The notes beneath the pieces are model-generated. The model worked only from the letters and a program-made list of their open reading frames with translations, had not been told where the DNA came from and made no database searches. The translations under genes and the position numbers were made by a program. A stretch of 64,000 bases of DNA from Prosthecobacter sp. (GTDB lineage: Bacteria > Verrucomicrobiota > Verrucomicrobiia > Verrucomicrobiales > Verrucomicrobiaceae), in NCBI RefSeq assembly GCF_044227185.1, contig NZ_JBGAFO010000017.1, positions 13,117 to 77,116 on the forward strand. The letters run 5' to 3'. Below, piece by piece: positions 8,697-18,637 of this stretch (position 1 is its first letter; every line of letters starts with the position of its first letter).

Positions 8697-10076
8697 ATGC
8701 GCCTCGCCATTCTTTTGTCCGCCCTCGCCTTCACCGCCAGCGCTGCGCTCCCTGACCTCAAAGTCGCCGATGACCACCGCCATCTGGCCACCGCCGATGG
8801 AATGCCCTTCTTCCTCCTTGGCGACACCGCCTGGGAGCTCTTCCACCGGCTCACGCGTGAGGAAGCGGAGCTGTATTTGAAAAACCGCGCCGACAAGGGG
8901 TTCAACACCGTCTTGGCCGTGGCGCTGGCGGAGTATGAATTCGATCAACCGAACGCTTACGGGGAGATGCCGCTGGAGAACAACGACCCGACGAAGCCGC
9001 GTGAGGCCTACTTCCAGCACGTCGATTGGATCGTGAACAAGGCTGAATCCCTCGGCCTCTACACCGCCATGCTGCCGACCTGGGGAGACAAGTGGAACAA
9101 GAAGTGGGGCAAGGGACCGGAGATCTTCACGCCTGAGAACGCCGCCACCTACTGCGAGTGGCTGGCGAAGCGCTACAAGGACAAACCCATCATCTGGATT
9201 CTTGGCGGCGACCGCTCCGTGGATAACGACGCACAGCGTGCCATCATCCGCGCCATGGCGGCCGGTTTGAAGAAAGGCGATGGCGGCAGGCACCTGATCA
9301 CTTTTCATCCCAAGGGCGGCGCCAATTCCTCCGACTACTGGCCGGACGAACCCTGGCTGGACTTCCACATGTTTCAAAGCGGCCACGCCCAGCGCGCCAA
9401 GGCCAACTACGACATGAACGCGAAAAACCTGGCCCTGCCCGCGCTCAAGCCCACGCTGGATGGCGAACCCTGCTACGAAGACCACCCCGTGCGCGCCCTC
9501 ATGAAGGACAAGAAGCCCACCGAATGGTTTGACGACTACGATGTCCGCCGCGCCGCGTGGTGGAGCGTCCTCAGTGGCGCCTGCGGCCACGTCTATGGCA
9601 CGCACAGCATCTGGCAGTTTCATGATCTCACCAAACGCAAGGCGCAGACGGACGCGCGCACGCCGTGGCAGCAGGCGCTGGATCTGCCCGGCGCAGCGCA
9701 GATGGGCGTGATGAAGAAATTCATGGAGGGGCTCGACTGGACGAAGCTGCGGCGGGATGATGACTTCCTGGTGAACAGCCACTCAAACATCAATCCGCCG
9801 ATGTGCGCTGTCGCCACGGATGGGAGTTTCGCTGTCGTTTACGTGCCCGATACGCATACCACCAGCATCGCGCCTGATTTCAGCAAGCTGTCCTTCAAAT
9901 CGGCTGACATGGAGGCCACCAGCATGGATCCAGCCACTGGCAAACCCATGGGCCACTTCTCCTTCACCGCCAGCGTGTTCGTATTTGGCGCGGGCACCGA
10001 GTCGAAGGATGCTGCGGGAAACGTCGTTTCCCGTAGCAAGGACTGGGTTTTTCTGATTCGAAAGAAGCAGCCCTGA
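8697..10076 (+). CDS. Secreted glycoside hydrolase, DUF4038 / GH140-like
   Basis: Internal ATG with signal peptide MRLAILLSALAFTASAA. The block DGMPFFLLGDTAWELFHRLTREEAELYL..RADKGFNTV matches the DUF4038 N-terminal signature. The upstream part of track ORF 6945..10076 is antisense to miaB and ridA. Confidence 0.75.
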   Translation: MRLAILLSALAFTASAALPDLKVADDHRHLATADGMPFFLLGDTAWELFHRLTREEAELYLKNRADKGFNTVLAVALAEYEFDQPNAYGEMPLENNDPTKPREAYFQHVDWIVNKAESLGLYTAMLPTWGDKWNKKWGKGPEIFTPENAATYCEWLAKRYKDKPIIWILGGDRSVDNDAQRAIIRAMAAGLKKGDGGRHLITFHPKGGANSSDYWPDEPWLDFHMFQSGHAQRAKANYDMNAKNLALPALKPTLDGEPCYEDHPVRALMKDKKPTEWFDDYDVRRAAWWSVLSGACGHVYGTHSIWQFHDLTKRKAQTDARTPWQQALDLPGAAQMGVMKKFMEGLDWTKLRRDDDFLVNSHSNINPPMCAVATDGSFAVVYVPDTHTTSIAPDFSKLSFKSADMEATSMDPATGKPMGHFSFTASVFVFGAGTESKDAAGNVVSRSKDWVFLIRKKQP

Positions 10077-10086
10077 CAAACGAAGC

Positions 10087-11136
10087 TCAAGCCTTCAGCG
10101 CTCTGCTTATCTGCCACATCAGCTTGTCCAGCGCGAGGCCCAGGCCATCCTTGCGACCATTGAGCAAACCGGCCCAGCACAGGCCGCCGGCGGTGTGCAC
10201 CATGATCGTCGTGGTGCCGGGCAGGGAGCCGTTGTGCCACCAGTTGGGCGCCTTGTTCACGTTCCAGCCACGTGCGTAGCTCTCGCTGACTCCATGCGTG
10301 GTCATGGCACGAAGGGAATCTGGATTGAGCAACAGCGAAAGCTGCGAGGCGAACCGCACCAAGTCCCCCGCCGTGGCGATCCAGCCGCCGTGCGAGTCCA
10401 TGCGGAAGACATTCATGCCGTAGGCAGCACCGGCTTTGGGCGTGACATACATCACCTCCCGCGGCCGCCGCTCCGCCAAAGTGTTGCCGGCGATGTCCAT
10501 GGAAGTGATGCCGCACTTGGACAGCACCTCCTGGGCGATCACCTTGTCATACGGCAGGTTGTGCACCTTCTCCAGCACACGGCCCAGCACGCAGTAGCCG
10601 AAGTTTGAATAGGCGAAGTGCTCGCCCGGCTTGTGGGTCTGCTTCTGGTTTGCCAGTGTCCACGCGATGAGCTCCGCGTGGTTCATGCGCGGGTTTTTAA
10701 ACATGGGGTCGTTCTTGTCATTGGCCCAGCCGCCGCTGGTGTGGGTGAGCAGCTGATCCACGGTCACCGCCGCCACGTCTCCGCTGTAGTCTCCACCCAG
10801 GATGCCCTGCGGACCGAAGACCTTGCTGTCAGCCTTGAGCAGTCTTTTTTCGATGCACTGCATCACCGCCGTGGCCGTGATTGGCTTGGAAACACTGGCG
10901 ATGCGGAAACGATGCTGTGGCGTGACGGCCTCCGTGGCGTCCGCATCGGCAAAGCCGTAGCCTGCCTCGAAGTCGATTTTTCCGTCCCTGCCATAGGCGA
11001 TGCTCATGCCCTGCATGCCATGCTCACGCAGGAACCCTTCAGCGATGGTGCGAATCTTCTGCTCTGCGGACAGTGGCAGCGCCACCGCCCATGCAGGCCA
11101 TGCGGCCAGCGAACTCACAAAGGCGCGTCGTTTCAT
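10087..11136 (-). CDS. Serine hydrolase, beta-lactamase/transpeptidase-like
   Basis: SxxK motif in FRIASVSKPITATAVMQ. Signal peptide after the internal start MKRRAFVSSLAAWPAWAVA. Confidence 0.8.
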   Translation of the reverse strand: MKRRAFVSSLAAWPAWAVALPLSAEQKIRTIAEGFLREHGMQGMSIAYGRDGKIDFEAGYGFADADATEAVTPQHRFRIASVSKPITATAVMQCIEKRLLKADSKVFGPQGILGGDYSGDVAAVTVDQLLTHTSGGWANDKNDPMFKNPRMNHAELIAWTLANQKQTHKPGEHFAYSNFGYCVLGRVLEKVHNLPYDKVIAQEVLSKCGITSMDIAGNTLAERRPREVMYVTPKAGAAYGMNVFRMDSHGGWIATAGDLVRFASQLSLLLNPDSLRAMTTHGVSESYARGWNVNKAPNWWHNGSLPGTTTIMVHTAGGLCWAGLLNGRKDGLGLALDKLMWQISRALKA

Positions 11137-11173
11137 GCGGACCACATCACACCTTGACGCTTCCCCGCCGTCA

Positions 11174-12439
11174 ATGAAAACATCCCGCATGCTCCGCCTT
11201 GTCATTCTCCCTGCCCTGCTCGCCCTCAGCACCCATGCCCAGAGCGTGGACACCAGCACGCTCACGGGCAAAGTCGTCTGCGGTTACCAGGGCTGGTTCC
11301 GCTGCGAAGGCGATGGCAGCGACAACGGCTGGCACCACTACGCCGCAGGCAGCAAGATCCTCGAGCCAGGGCATGCCCACATCGAGATGTGGCCGGACGT
11401 GAGCGAGCTGCCGAAAGAGGCCCGTGTGCCCACCCCCTTCAAACATGCGGATGGCAGCACCGCCGAGGTCTTCAGCTCCGTGCATCCCGCCGTCATCCAG
11501 CTTCATTTCAAATGGATGCGCGACTACGGCATCGACGGTGCCTTCATCCAGCGCTTCGCCACCACCACGCGCGACAAGCGCTTTCGCGAGCCGATGGACC
11601 GGGTGCTGGCTCATTGCCAGACCGCAGCAACAGCAAATGGGCGCGGCATCACGCTGATGTATGACCTCAGCGGGATCAAGGAAGGCGACATTCAATTGGT
11701 GATCGACGACTGGAAACGCTTGATCACCGAGAAGCGTCTCGATCCTAAAAGCACCAGCTATTTCAAACACCACGGCAAGCCTCTCGTCGCGCTGTGGGGC
11801 CTCGGCTTCAACGACCGGCCGCCCATGCTTGAAGAATGGTCCCGGCTGATCACTTTTCTCCGCGACGATCCGGAGTTCGGCGGCTGCGCCATCATGCTCG
11901 GCGTGCCCTATTACTGGCGCTCGCTGGAGACCAAGAGAGACACCATCCAAGACCCCAAACTGCACGAGCTCATCGCCCGTGCCGACATCGTCAGCCCCTG
12001 GGCCGTGGGCCGCTTCGGCACCCCCAAACAAGCCGCCAGCAATGGGGACAAAATTTTAAAGCCCGACATCGCCTGGTGCGCGGAGCACAAGGTGGACTAT
12101 CTGCCCGTCCTCTTCCCCGGCTTTAGCTGGACGAATCTCTCCAAGTCGCGCAACCAGCCGGCCAAGTTTGATGCCATCCCGCGCCTCAAGGGAGAGTTTC
12201 TCTGGTCACAGGCGCTCGCCGCCAGACAGGCCGGGGCCCAGATGCTCTACGTGGCCATGTTTGACGAAATGGACGAAGGCACCGCCATCTTTAAAACCGA
12301 CAACCACCCGCCTGTGGGCGAAAGCCGCTTCCTGGCCGAGCCTGACCTGCCGAACGACCATTACCTCTGGCTGACGGGCATGCTGGGCAAACTGCTGCGT
12401 GGAGAAACGCCGGACGCCCTGCCCCTGCGCAAACCGTGA
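11174..12439 (+). CDS. Secreted putative glycoside hydrolase (GH71/99-like fold), family uncertain
   Basis: Signal peptide MKTSRMLRLVILPALLALSTHA. The blocks GYQGWF..GWHHY and HFKWMRDYGIDGAFIQRF resemble TIM-barrel glycosidase families. The assignment is tentative. Confidence 0.5.
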   Translation: MKTSRMLRLVILPALLALSTHAQSVDTSTLTGKVVCGYQGWFRCEGDGSDNGWHHYAAGSKILEPGHAHIEMWPDVSELPKEARVPTPFKHADGSTAEVFSSVHPAVIQLHFKWMRDYGIDGAFIQRFATTTRDKRFREPMDRVLAHCQTAATANGRGITLMYDLSGIKEGDIQLVIDDWKRLITEKRLDPKSTSYFKHHGKPLVALWGLGFNDRPPMLEEWSRLITFLRDDPEFGGCAIMLGVPYYWRSLETKRDTIQDPKLHELIARADIVSPWAVGRFGTPKQAASNGDKILKPDIAWCAEHKVDYLPVLFPGFSWTNLSKSRNQPAKFDAIPRLKGEFLWSQALAARQAGAQMLYVAMFDEMDEGTAIFKTDNHPPVGESRFLAEPDLPNDHYLWLTGMLGKLLRGETPDALPLRKP

Positions 12440-12440
12440 C

Positions 12441-12677
12441 TTACGACAGATCCGAGGCCAGCACCGAATTGGCCGCCCGCAGCGCCAGCTCCTTGGCCTG
12501 CGCGATCACGCGCACGGAGGTGGCGTCAAACAGGTAGGCATGGCAGCTCGGGCAGGTGATGGCACGGGTGACCACGATGGACCCACAGCCTTCGCAGACT
12601 TTGTACTGTTCAGGGTGGGTGGCGATCTTCTCGGCCTGCTTCAGACGTGAGTCTGGTTTGTGCTCATGCGCGCTCAT
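12441..12677 (-). CDS. Small zinc-ribbon protein (hypothetical)
   Basis: 78 aa with a CEGC...CPSC pair. GC3-rich codons. Co-directional with the upstream oxidoreductase gene. Confidence 0.5.
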   Translation of the reverse strand: MSAHEHKPDSRLKQAEKIATHPEQYKVCEGCGSIVVTRAITCPSCHAYLFDATSVRVIAQAKELALRAANSVLASDLS

Positions 12678-12779
12678 TAAGGAACTCTACGATGCTACGA
12701 CGACATTGGACGAGTGCAACGTCGGTAATGAACAACTTGAACTGTATTTTGTGCTTGCTTTGCGGGGGTTAAGCACCCC

Positions 12780-14153
12780 TCAGCCCAGCCCTTCCACGCT
12801 CCAGCCGTCACGGTATTTGCGGGTGAGCTGGGCATTCAGCGCAGGCTGGTTCGTCACTTTGCCTGCAGCGGCGTCCCATTCGATCCAGCCTCCCGGATTG
12901 CGCTCTGCCAGCACCCCCAGCAGCACGGCCTCCGTCACGGGGCAGCCGTAGGTGGGCAGGTCGGCGGCGGCTTTTTCCCCCTTCATGCAGGCGTCCACCC
13001 AGTCGGTGTAGTGGTTTGCCACTCGCGTCTTCGGGTAGGCGTAGCCGGTGAATTTCTCCTCCGGCACCAGCCAGGGGCGTTGAGAGTGCGGTTTGAAGAT
13101 GCCGCCGTTCTCGCCAATGAAGAAGATGCCGCTGGGCGTGTCCTTCGTCAGCACGCTGGGCTTGATGACGCGCGAGTCGTAGGCATAGCCGCCGTCCGTC
13201 CACGTCATCTTGATCTTGTCTCCGGCAGTCAGCGGCGTGCCGGGAAACTCAAGCTCAAGGTGCCTCTTCTGCGCATAGAGATCGCCTTTGCTGCCCTCGT
13301 CCACGCAGCGCACGCGGGTTGGCGCCCCGAGGCCGAGACAGGCAAAAACGACATCGAAGTAGTGGCAGCCCATGTCCCCCATCATGCCCACGCCAAAGTC
13401 AACCCAGGAGCGCCACATGGAGGGATGATAGGCCCCGTCGAGAAACGGCACCTCGTTTGCGACGCCCAGCCACAGGTTCCAGTCCAAGTTCTCCGGCACG
13501 GGATCGGCCTGCGCCTTGCGCTCGGTCACCTTGGGCCACCAGCCCGCCTTTTTGTTCTCCCAGCAGATGACTTCCTTCACCTTGCCGATGGCTCCGCTTT
13601 TGATGAGATCCACTGCCAGCGAGGTCTCGATGCTGGAATGCCCCTGCGTGCCCATCTGCGTCGTCACGCCCGCCTTCGCCGCCTCCGCTCCCAAAATCCG
13701 CGCCTCGTGGATGTGATGCGTCAGCGGCTTCTGCAAATAAACGTGCTTCTTCGCCCGCAGCGCCGCCACCGCCATGGCCGCATGCATGTGGTCCGGCGTG
13801 CCGATGGTCACCGCATCCACGCTGTCGCCCAGCTTGGCGATCATTTCACGGTAGTCACGATACACTGCCGCGCCCTCCAGCCGCTTCGCCGCATCCGGGT
13901 CCTGCAGCTCCTTCCGCCGCGTCGCATTGCCACCGCGCGCGATCTCCAGAGTTTTAGCATCCACATCGCACATGCCCACGAGGCGCACTTTTGGATGCTG
14001 CAGCACGCTCATCATGGTGTTGCCGCCCATTCCGCCCACGCCGATAGACGCCACCTGAAACATGGAATTCGGCGACTTTGCCCGCAGAATGGCGGGCGCT
14101 GAAACATAGGCGGCAGATGCGAGTGACTTCTGGAGGAAATGGCGGCGGTTCAT
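12780..14153 (-). CDS. Gfo/Idh/MocA family oxidoreductase with Tat signal
   Basis: MNRRHFLQKSLASAAYVSAPAILRA twin-arginine leader. Rossmann block IGVGGMGGNTMMS..VRLVGMCDVD. Confidence 0.88.
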   Translation of the reverse strand: MNRRHFLQKSLASAAYVSAPAILRAKSPNSMFQVASIGVGGMGGNTMMSVLQHPKVRLVGMCDVDAKTLEIARGGNATRRKELQDPDAAKRLEGAAVYRDYREMIAKLGDSVDAVTIGTPDHMHAAMAVAALRAKKHVYLQKPLTHHIHEARILGAEAAKAGVTTQMGTQGHSSIETSLAVDLIKSGAIGKVKEVICWENKKAGWWPKVTERKAQADPVPENLDWNLWLGVANEVPFLDGAYHPSMWRSWVDFGVGMMGDMGCHYFDVVFACLGLGAPTRVRCVDEGSKGDLYAQKRHLELEFPGTPLTAGDKIKMTWTDGGYAYDSRVIKPSVLTKDTPSGIFFIGENGGIFKPHSQRPWLVPEEKFTGYAYPKTRVANHYTDWVDACMKGEKAAADLPTYGCPVTEAVLLGVLAERNPGGWIEWDAAAGKVTNQPALNAQLTRKYRDGWSVEGLG

Positions 14154-14285
14154 GAGGAGAGGAACGCGGATGGACGGTGTTTTGTAGCGTGGAAATCGGC
14201 AATGCAGGTCCACCTCGGAAAACACCACGGTTGTGGCAGGCTAAGCTGTCATGAGGCTTTCTCCAGCCAGCTCAGACGCACCCTT

Positions 14286-14993
14286 CTAGCCGTTCGAAAC
14301 CCCAAGTTCGGTGGTGACAAATTTCTCCAGCGGAAAGGCATAAAAAGCGTCGTCCATTTCCACAAAAATTTTTCCTCCCGCGATTCCATGCACTGTGCCT
14401 ACGTGCTCTCCTTCCCCCACGCCAAACCCCCGTTCAGGCAGGTCCAGGTGAAAGGCGCGCCAGGCCAAGGGCGCCTGGCCTGATTTTTGAACCGCTGCCG
14501 GAATGAAAACGACATGCCTGATCGTACTGCCGGCTCCAAAGGTCTCCTCTTCAACCAGCACGCAGTTTTCAGAAGGGGTAAACAAGACTTTGATCTCACC
14601 ATCACATCCTTCTGATTCCAGCTTGCACATCATGCTTTCAGCCCGGGCAAGTTCATTCCCAGCCGCAGTGGACAGGACGTACTTTGACATCGTTCGGTAG
14701 GAGGTGGCTCCCGGCTTTTCTATTTTCCTTCCCAGCTTTAGCCGCAGCACTAACCCACGCGACAAAGCAAGCGGGCAAATACGTTTCGTATTAAACGGAT
14801 GAATCTGGACGGCGGGAAGCTCGCTTTGGTCACACCGGTACATCGCATGCTTTGAGGCATATTCGGCCTTGTACGCTGCAAGCCGGGCGGGACTGTTTGG
14901 AGAATCGTCATCCTCGCGCCGGGGCGGCGGCTTGCTGAGGCTGCACGCGCCCAAACAGACAGTTAAAAAGATGGAAACCAAAAATTGAATCAT
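14286..14993 (-). CDS. Hypothetical lipoprotein
   Basis: Lipobox LTVCLGAC-S at the N-terminus. Visibly more AT-rich than its neighbours. No family recognised. Confidence 0.6.
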   Translation of the reverse strand: MIQFLVSIFLTVCLGACSLSKPPPRREDDDSPNSPARLAAYKAEYASKHAMYRCDQSELPAVQIHPFNTKRICPLALSRGLVLRLKLGRKIEKPGATSYRTMSKYVLSTAAGNELARAESMMCKLESEGCDGEIKVLFTPSENCVLVEEETFGAGSTIRHVVFIPAAVQKSGQAPLAWRAFHLDLPERGFGVGEGEHVGTVHGIAGGKIFVEMDDAFYAFPLEKFVTTELGVSNG

Positions 14994-15015
14994 TGGCGCT
15001 TATCCAACCCAGATT

Positions 15016-18000
15016 TCACCTCCCCGCCACACCCGCCGGCTTCCGGATTTTCATCAGCACGGGGAAGCTTGTCTGCAATCCCGCGCTGTCGTGCTCATTG
15101 CGCGCGGAGCTCAGGGCGGCGTGGACGAGTTTGTCCTGGTCTTTGACCCAGTTCGCGGCGCGGAAGAAGATGGGGCGCTCGTTCTCCTTCTCGCGGATCT
15201 GCACGCCGTTGAGGCCGATGTCATCGACGATGACGCCATGCGGCAGGCCATGTACATCCAGGCTGAGGAGCCCGTCATTGCCCATGCGCACGGCACGAAT
15301 CCAGGCCTTCACTGTCTGCCCAGGGGCCAGGGTGATTTCGAGAGGTGTCGTTTCATCCTTAATCTCGCGCATGAAGGGCTTGCCCCCGACATAGGGTTCG
15401 AGAACCACGATGAACTTCGGCGCTGTACCGAGCATGACTTTGCCAAAGGTCCCTCCGTCATGCGCCAGCCCCTTGGACCTGGCCGCGATCTTGACCTTGC
15501 TCCAGTCGGCATTCGCGGCCGCATCGGGTGCGGCACGCAAGCTGCCGCTGATCAAATCGTGCCCGGCTTCGATGAGCAGCGGGGAAGAGGCGTAATAGCC
15601 CGCAGGCAGACCGGTGATGTCGATCTGGATGGGATCATCAAAACCATCCACACGTTCAGCCCGGAAGGAGAAGCCGACGGAAGATCCGGGCATCACGGTG
15701 GGATTCATCCCAGCCAGTTTCACGCTGAAATCCGGCCTTGGCTCGCGCACAGTGAGCGCATAAACATAACGTTCGCCACCCCAGCCACGGGTGTCGGTGA
15801 CTTTGATGATGTAGCGGCCGTCTGCAGGCGCGGTGAAGGTCAGGCGTGAGTCGCTGCCCAGCTTGCGGTCGCCGCTGTCGTCATTGGTGTAGTTCAGGGT
15901 GAAGACCGGCAGGCCGTTGGGCACAATCTGGCTGCCGAGAGGCTTGGGCTCGACGATGTAGCAAGGCTCGTCGAGCGAGTGGGAATTGGCCGTGGTGTCA
16001 AAATAGGCGCGGCGTTTGTTGCGCACGGTGTAAAAGAAGCAGCCGCCGTCCGGCCCGCGTGGCATGCGGATGATCTTCATCACATCGCCGTTGAAATAGG
16101 CGAATTCGTTCAGCTCCATCTCCTCCCAGTTTTGCAGCCGGATGTCCGGGTTGTTGGCGTCCACGCTGCGGAAGTTGTTGTAGCTGTCCCGCACGGCCTG
16201 CAGCAGCAGGCGCTGCACGGGTTTGCCGTCGGCATGCAGCACTTCGATCTTCGTATCAGCAGGCGAGCCCGCCATGTCTGCCAGCGTTTCGATGATCCAG
16301 GTCTGGCCCTTTTTGGCTTCGAAAGCAAAGTGATCGATGTCGCCGGCATTGGAGATGCACGCATTCACCGTGGCCGGCGCCGGAATGTTTTGCGCCTTGG
16401 CGATGCTGTCATTTCCCGCCACTTCCTCGACCTGCGCCAGCGGGCTGACACGCAGCACGGGCATGGAGCGGAAGCGCAATGCTTTGTCATCCAGCGGCAC
16501 GTTCATCCTGTCTTCCTGCCCTGGCTTCATCATCACCGTGGCTTTGCCCCCGAGGTGATGCCCGATGAGCGTGACCTTCGTCTCCTTGCCGATCTGCGCG
16601 ACGAGCGGCGACCAGGCTGTCACATAGGGCAGCGCGCCAAGAGTGAGCCGATAGGCGTGGTCCGCGCTGCCGTCCATGGTCGTATTGCTCACCAGCACGA
16701 TATACTCGCCATCTGCGGGGGCCTTCCACGCGAGAAACGGATCGCTCCCGCTGTCGAGACCGCGGTTCACCGCCAGAACGGTGTGATTCATGTCCATGAT
16801 CTCCAGCGTGGGAGCCTTCGCCATGCTGCCCACCTGCGCCACGGCAAGATCGAGCACGAGTTCCTCACCCGCCTTCGCTTTGAATGAGTACGCGTCGTGC
16901 TGGCCGGTCTCCGTCAGCGTGCCCCACAGACTGGCGGGCACCTGCGCGACACTCACGGGCGCCGCTTTGAAGTCAGCCGCCTGCGTAATGATGGGCGTGA
17001 GATCATCGGCATAGATTTTGATCCGTGCAGACTCCCCTGCCACGCTCTTCAGCCAAACCTCATGCGCACCACGCGGCACCGCTGCGCTGGCGGTGATCTT
17101 CACGCTTGCCGTGGTGGGTTTGACGCTGCCTTTGACAAGCTCCAGCTTCAGCCCGGGATGCGACGCCATCACCTGCGTGTCCGCAGTGAGTCCCTTGCCT
17201 GCGATGTTCACCATCAGTTCGCCACCAATGCGTGCCGCTCGTGGAGTGACTCGCGCAAGCTCGGGCTTCATCGCCTTGGCCGGCTTTGCAGCCGCAGGAG
17301 CCATCACCACCTTGCCGGTGGCCGATTCATAGACGCTGAGACTGCCATCCACACGACCTGCCACGAGCTGCGCCTTGTCAGTGAAAGCGAGCGCGGGCGA
17401 CCAGTCCGGCTGCTTCTCCAGCGGCACCTTTTCCGTGAGGTCGGCCGTGCTCCAGATTTTGAGCGACTTGTCTGTGGAGGTGGAGGCGAGCATCTGGCCA
17501 TCAGCGGACAGCGCGAGGTTCAAAATGCCCCCTTCATGCGCAAATCGGCTGGTGATGATCTTGTTCGTGCCTTCCTTGGCATCGGCGCTGATGCTCCACT
17601 GGCGGATGCGGTTGTCCCCGCCGGCGGCAAAAAGGTGTTTGCCATCCTCACTGAAGACCACGCTGGTTTGCTCCTTGGTCGGCTGCGAAAGCGTGTCGAG
17701 CCGCTGCCCGGCCGGGATGCTCCACAGCTTCACCGTGCGATCCGCACTGGCGCTCGCGAGCACCTTGCCATCAGCACGGAATGAAAGACCATTCACCGCG
17801 CCGTTGTGTCCCTTCAGCAAGGCGATCTCCTTGCCCGTGGCCACATCCCACAGACGGATTTTCTGATCGTAAGCTCCTGTGGCGATCATCTTACCATCAG
17901 GCGAAACCGCCAGCGCATAAGCAGCATCCAGATGTCCGTCAAAGGACTGCAGTGGCGCGCCATCGCTGGTCTTCCAGCTCTTCACGATGCCCACGATGCC

Positions 18001-18624
18001 TGCCTCGCCACCGGCGGCATACACCGTCATGCCATCCGGAGAAAACGCCACTGCATTGGCCTTGCCCTTGAATCCGCTGAGCTTGCGCACCACGGTACGA
18101 GTCACCGGATTGATCAGCTCCACCTCACCGTAGCGCCCCACGGCGATGAACTGTGCCTTGGGTGAAAACGCCACCGCCTGAATCGAACGCTTCAGCGGTA
18201 CCGTCGGCGTGATCTGCTGAGTGACAACCTCACGCGGCATCGGCTTCGCTTCCGCCACGGCCGGCCCCTTTGCCCCTGCATCGATCCATGTTTTGATCAG
18301 CGCAATCTCCTCCGCCTTGAGCTTCTCGCGCTTCCCCGGCGGCATGAACTCATTCTTCCCGCCGCGTCCGGAATGGCCTTCGAGAAACTTCACCAGCATC
18401 GAGTCATTCGCCTTCCCCGCCACAATCGCCTTCCCCTCCTTGCCACCCTTCATCAGGTTCGCAAACGTGTCCAAACGGAACTCCCCGTCCGCATCCGTGT
18501 CATCATGGCAGTCGATGCAGTAGGTGTCCCAAAGCGGAACGATCTGCTTCGTGTAGTCCACGGTCTGGGCGCGGGCGGTGGCGACAAACCCCACCAAAAA
18601 GAGGAAAGAACGGGTGAAATTCAT
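15016..18624 (-). CDS. Planctomycete-type cytochrome c (PSCyt1) / WD40-repeat / PPC-domain protein
   Basis: 1202 aa. Signal peptide, CIDCHDDTDADGEFRLDTF heme-like motif, about 7 WD40 repeats (..LWDV, ..LWSI, ..IWST). Later DHFAFEAKKGQTW resembles a pre-peptidase C-terminal domain. Confidence 0.85.
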   Translation of the reverse strand: MNFTRSFLFLVGFVATARAQTVDYTKQIVPLWDTYCIDCHDDTDADGEFRLDTFANLMKGGKEGKAIVAGKANDSMLVKFLEGHSGRGGKNEFMPPGKREKLKAEEIALIKTWIDAGAKGPAVAEAKPMPREVVTQQITPTVPLKRSIQAVAFSPKAQFIAVGRYGEVELINPVTRTVVRKLSGFKGKANAVAFSPDGMTVYAAGGEAGIVGIVKSWKTSDGAPLQSFDGHLDAAYALAVSPDGKMIATGAYDQKIRLWDVATGKEIALLKGHNGAVNGLSFRADGKVLASASADRTVKLWSIPAGQRLDTLSQPTKEQTSVVFSEDGKHLFAAGGDNRIRQWSISADAKEGTNKIITSRFAHEGGILNLALSADGQMLASTSTDKSLKIWSTADLTEKVPLEKQPDWSPALAFTDKAQLVAGRVDGSLSVYESATGKVVMAPAAAKPAKAMKPELARVTPRAARIGGELMVNIAGKGLTADTQVMASHPGLKLELVKGSVKPTTASVKITASAAVPRGAHEVWLKSVAGESARIKIYADDLTPIITQAADFKAAPVSVAQVPASLWGTLTETGQHDAYSFKAKAGEELVLDLAVAQVGSMAKAPTLEIMDMNHTVLAVNRGLDSGSDPFLAWKAPADGEYIVLVSNTTMDGSADHAYRLTLGALPYVTAWSPLVAQIGKETKVTLIGHHLGGKATVMMKPGQEDRMNVPLDDKALRFRSMPVLRVSPLAQVEEVAGNDSIAKAQNIPAPATVNACISNAGDIDHFAFEAKKGQTWIIETLADMAGSPADTKIEVLHADGKPVQRLLLQAVRDSYNNFRSVDANNPDIRLQNWEEMELNEFAYFNGDVMKIIRMPRGPDGGCFFYTVRNKRRAYFDTTANSHSLDEPCYIVEPKPLGSQIVPNGLPVFTLNYTNDDSGDRKLGSDSRLTFTAPADGRYIIKVTDTRGWGGERYVYALTVREPRPDFSVKLAGMNPTVMPGSSVGFSFRAERVDGFDDPIQIDITGLPAGYYASSPLLIEAGHDLISGSLRAAPDAAANADWSKVKIAARSKGLAHDGGTFGKVMLGTAPKFIVVLEPYVGGKPFMREIKDETTPLEITLAPGQTVKAWIRAVRMGNDGLLSLDVHGLPHGVIVDDIGLNGVQIREKENERPIFFRAANWVKDQDKLVHAALSSARNEHDSAGLQTSFPVLMKIRKPAGVAGR

Positions 18625-18637
18625 GGGGGCGTTCCTA

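Noticed and set aside
6945-10076. 1043-aa plus-strand ORF, and the overlapping 536-aa minus-strand ORF 8172..9782.
   Set aside because: Only the 3' portions are coding: GH140-like from ATG 8697 with a signal peptide, and RidA from 8612. The remainder is antisense to miaB or to the other gene and translates to low-complexity Arg/Ala/Gly/His-rich sequence typical of GC-rich shadow frames.
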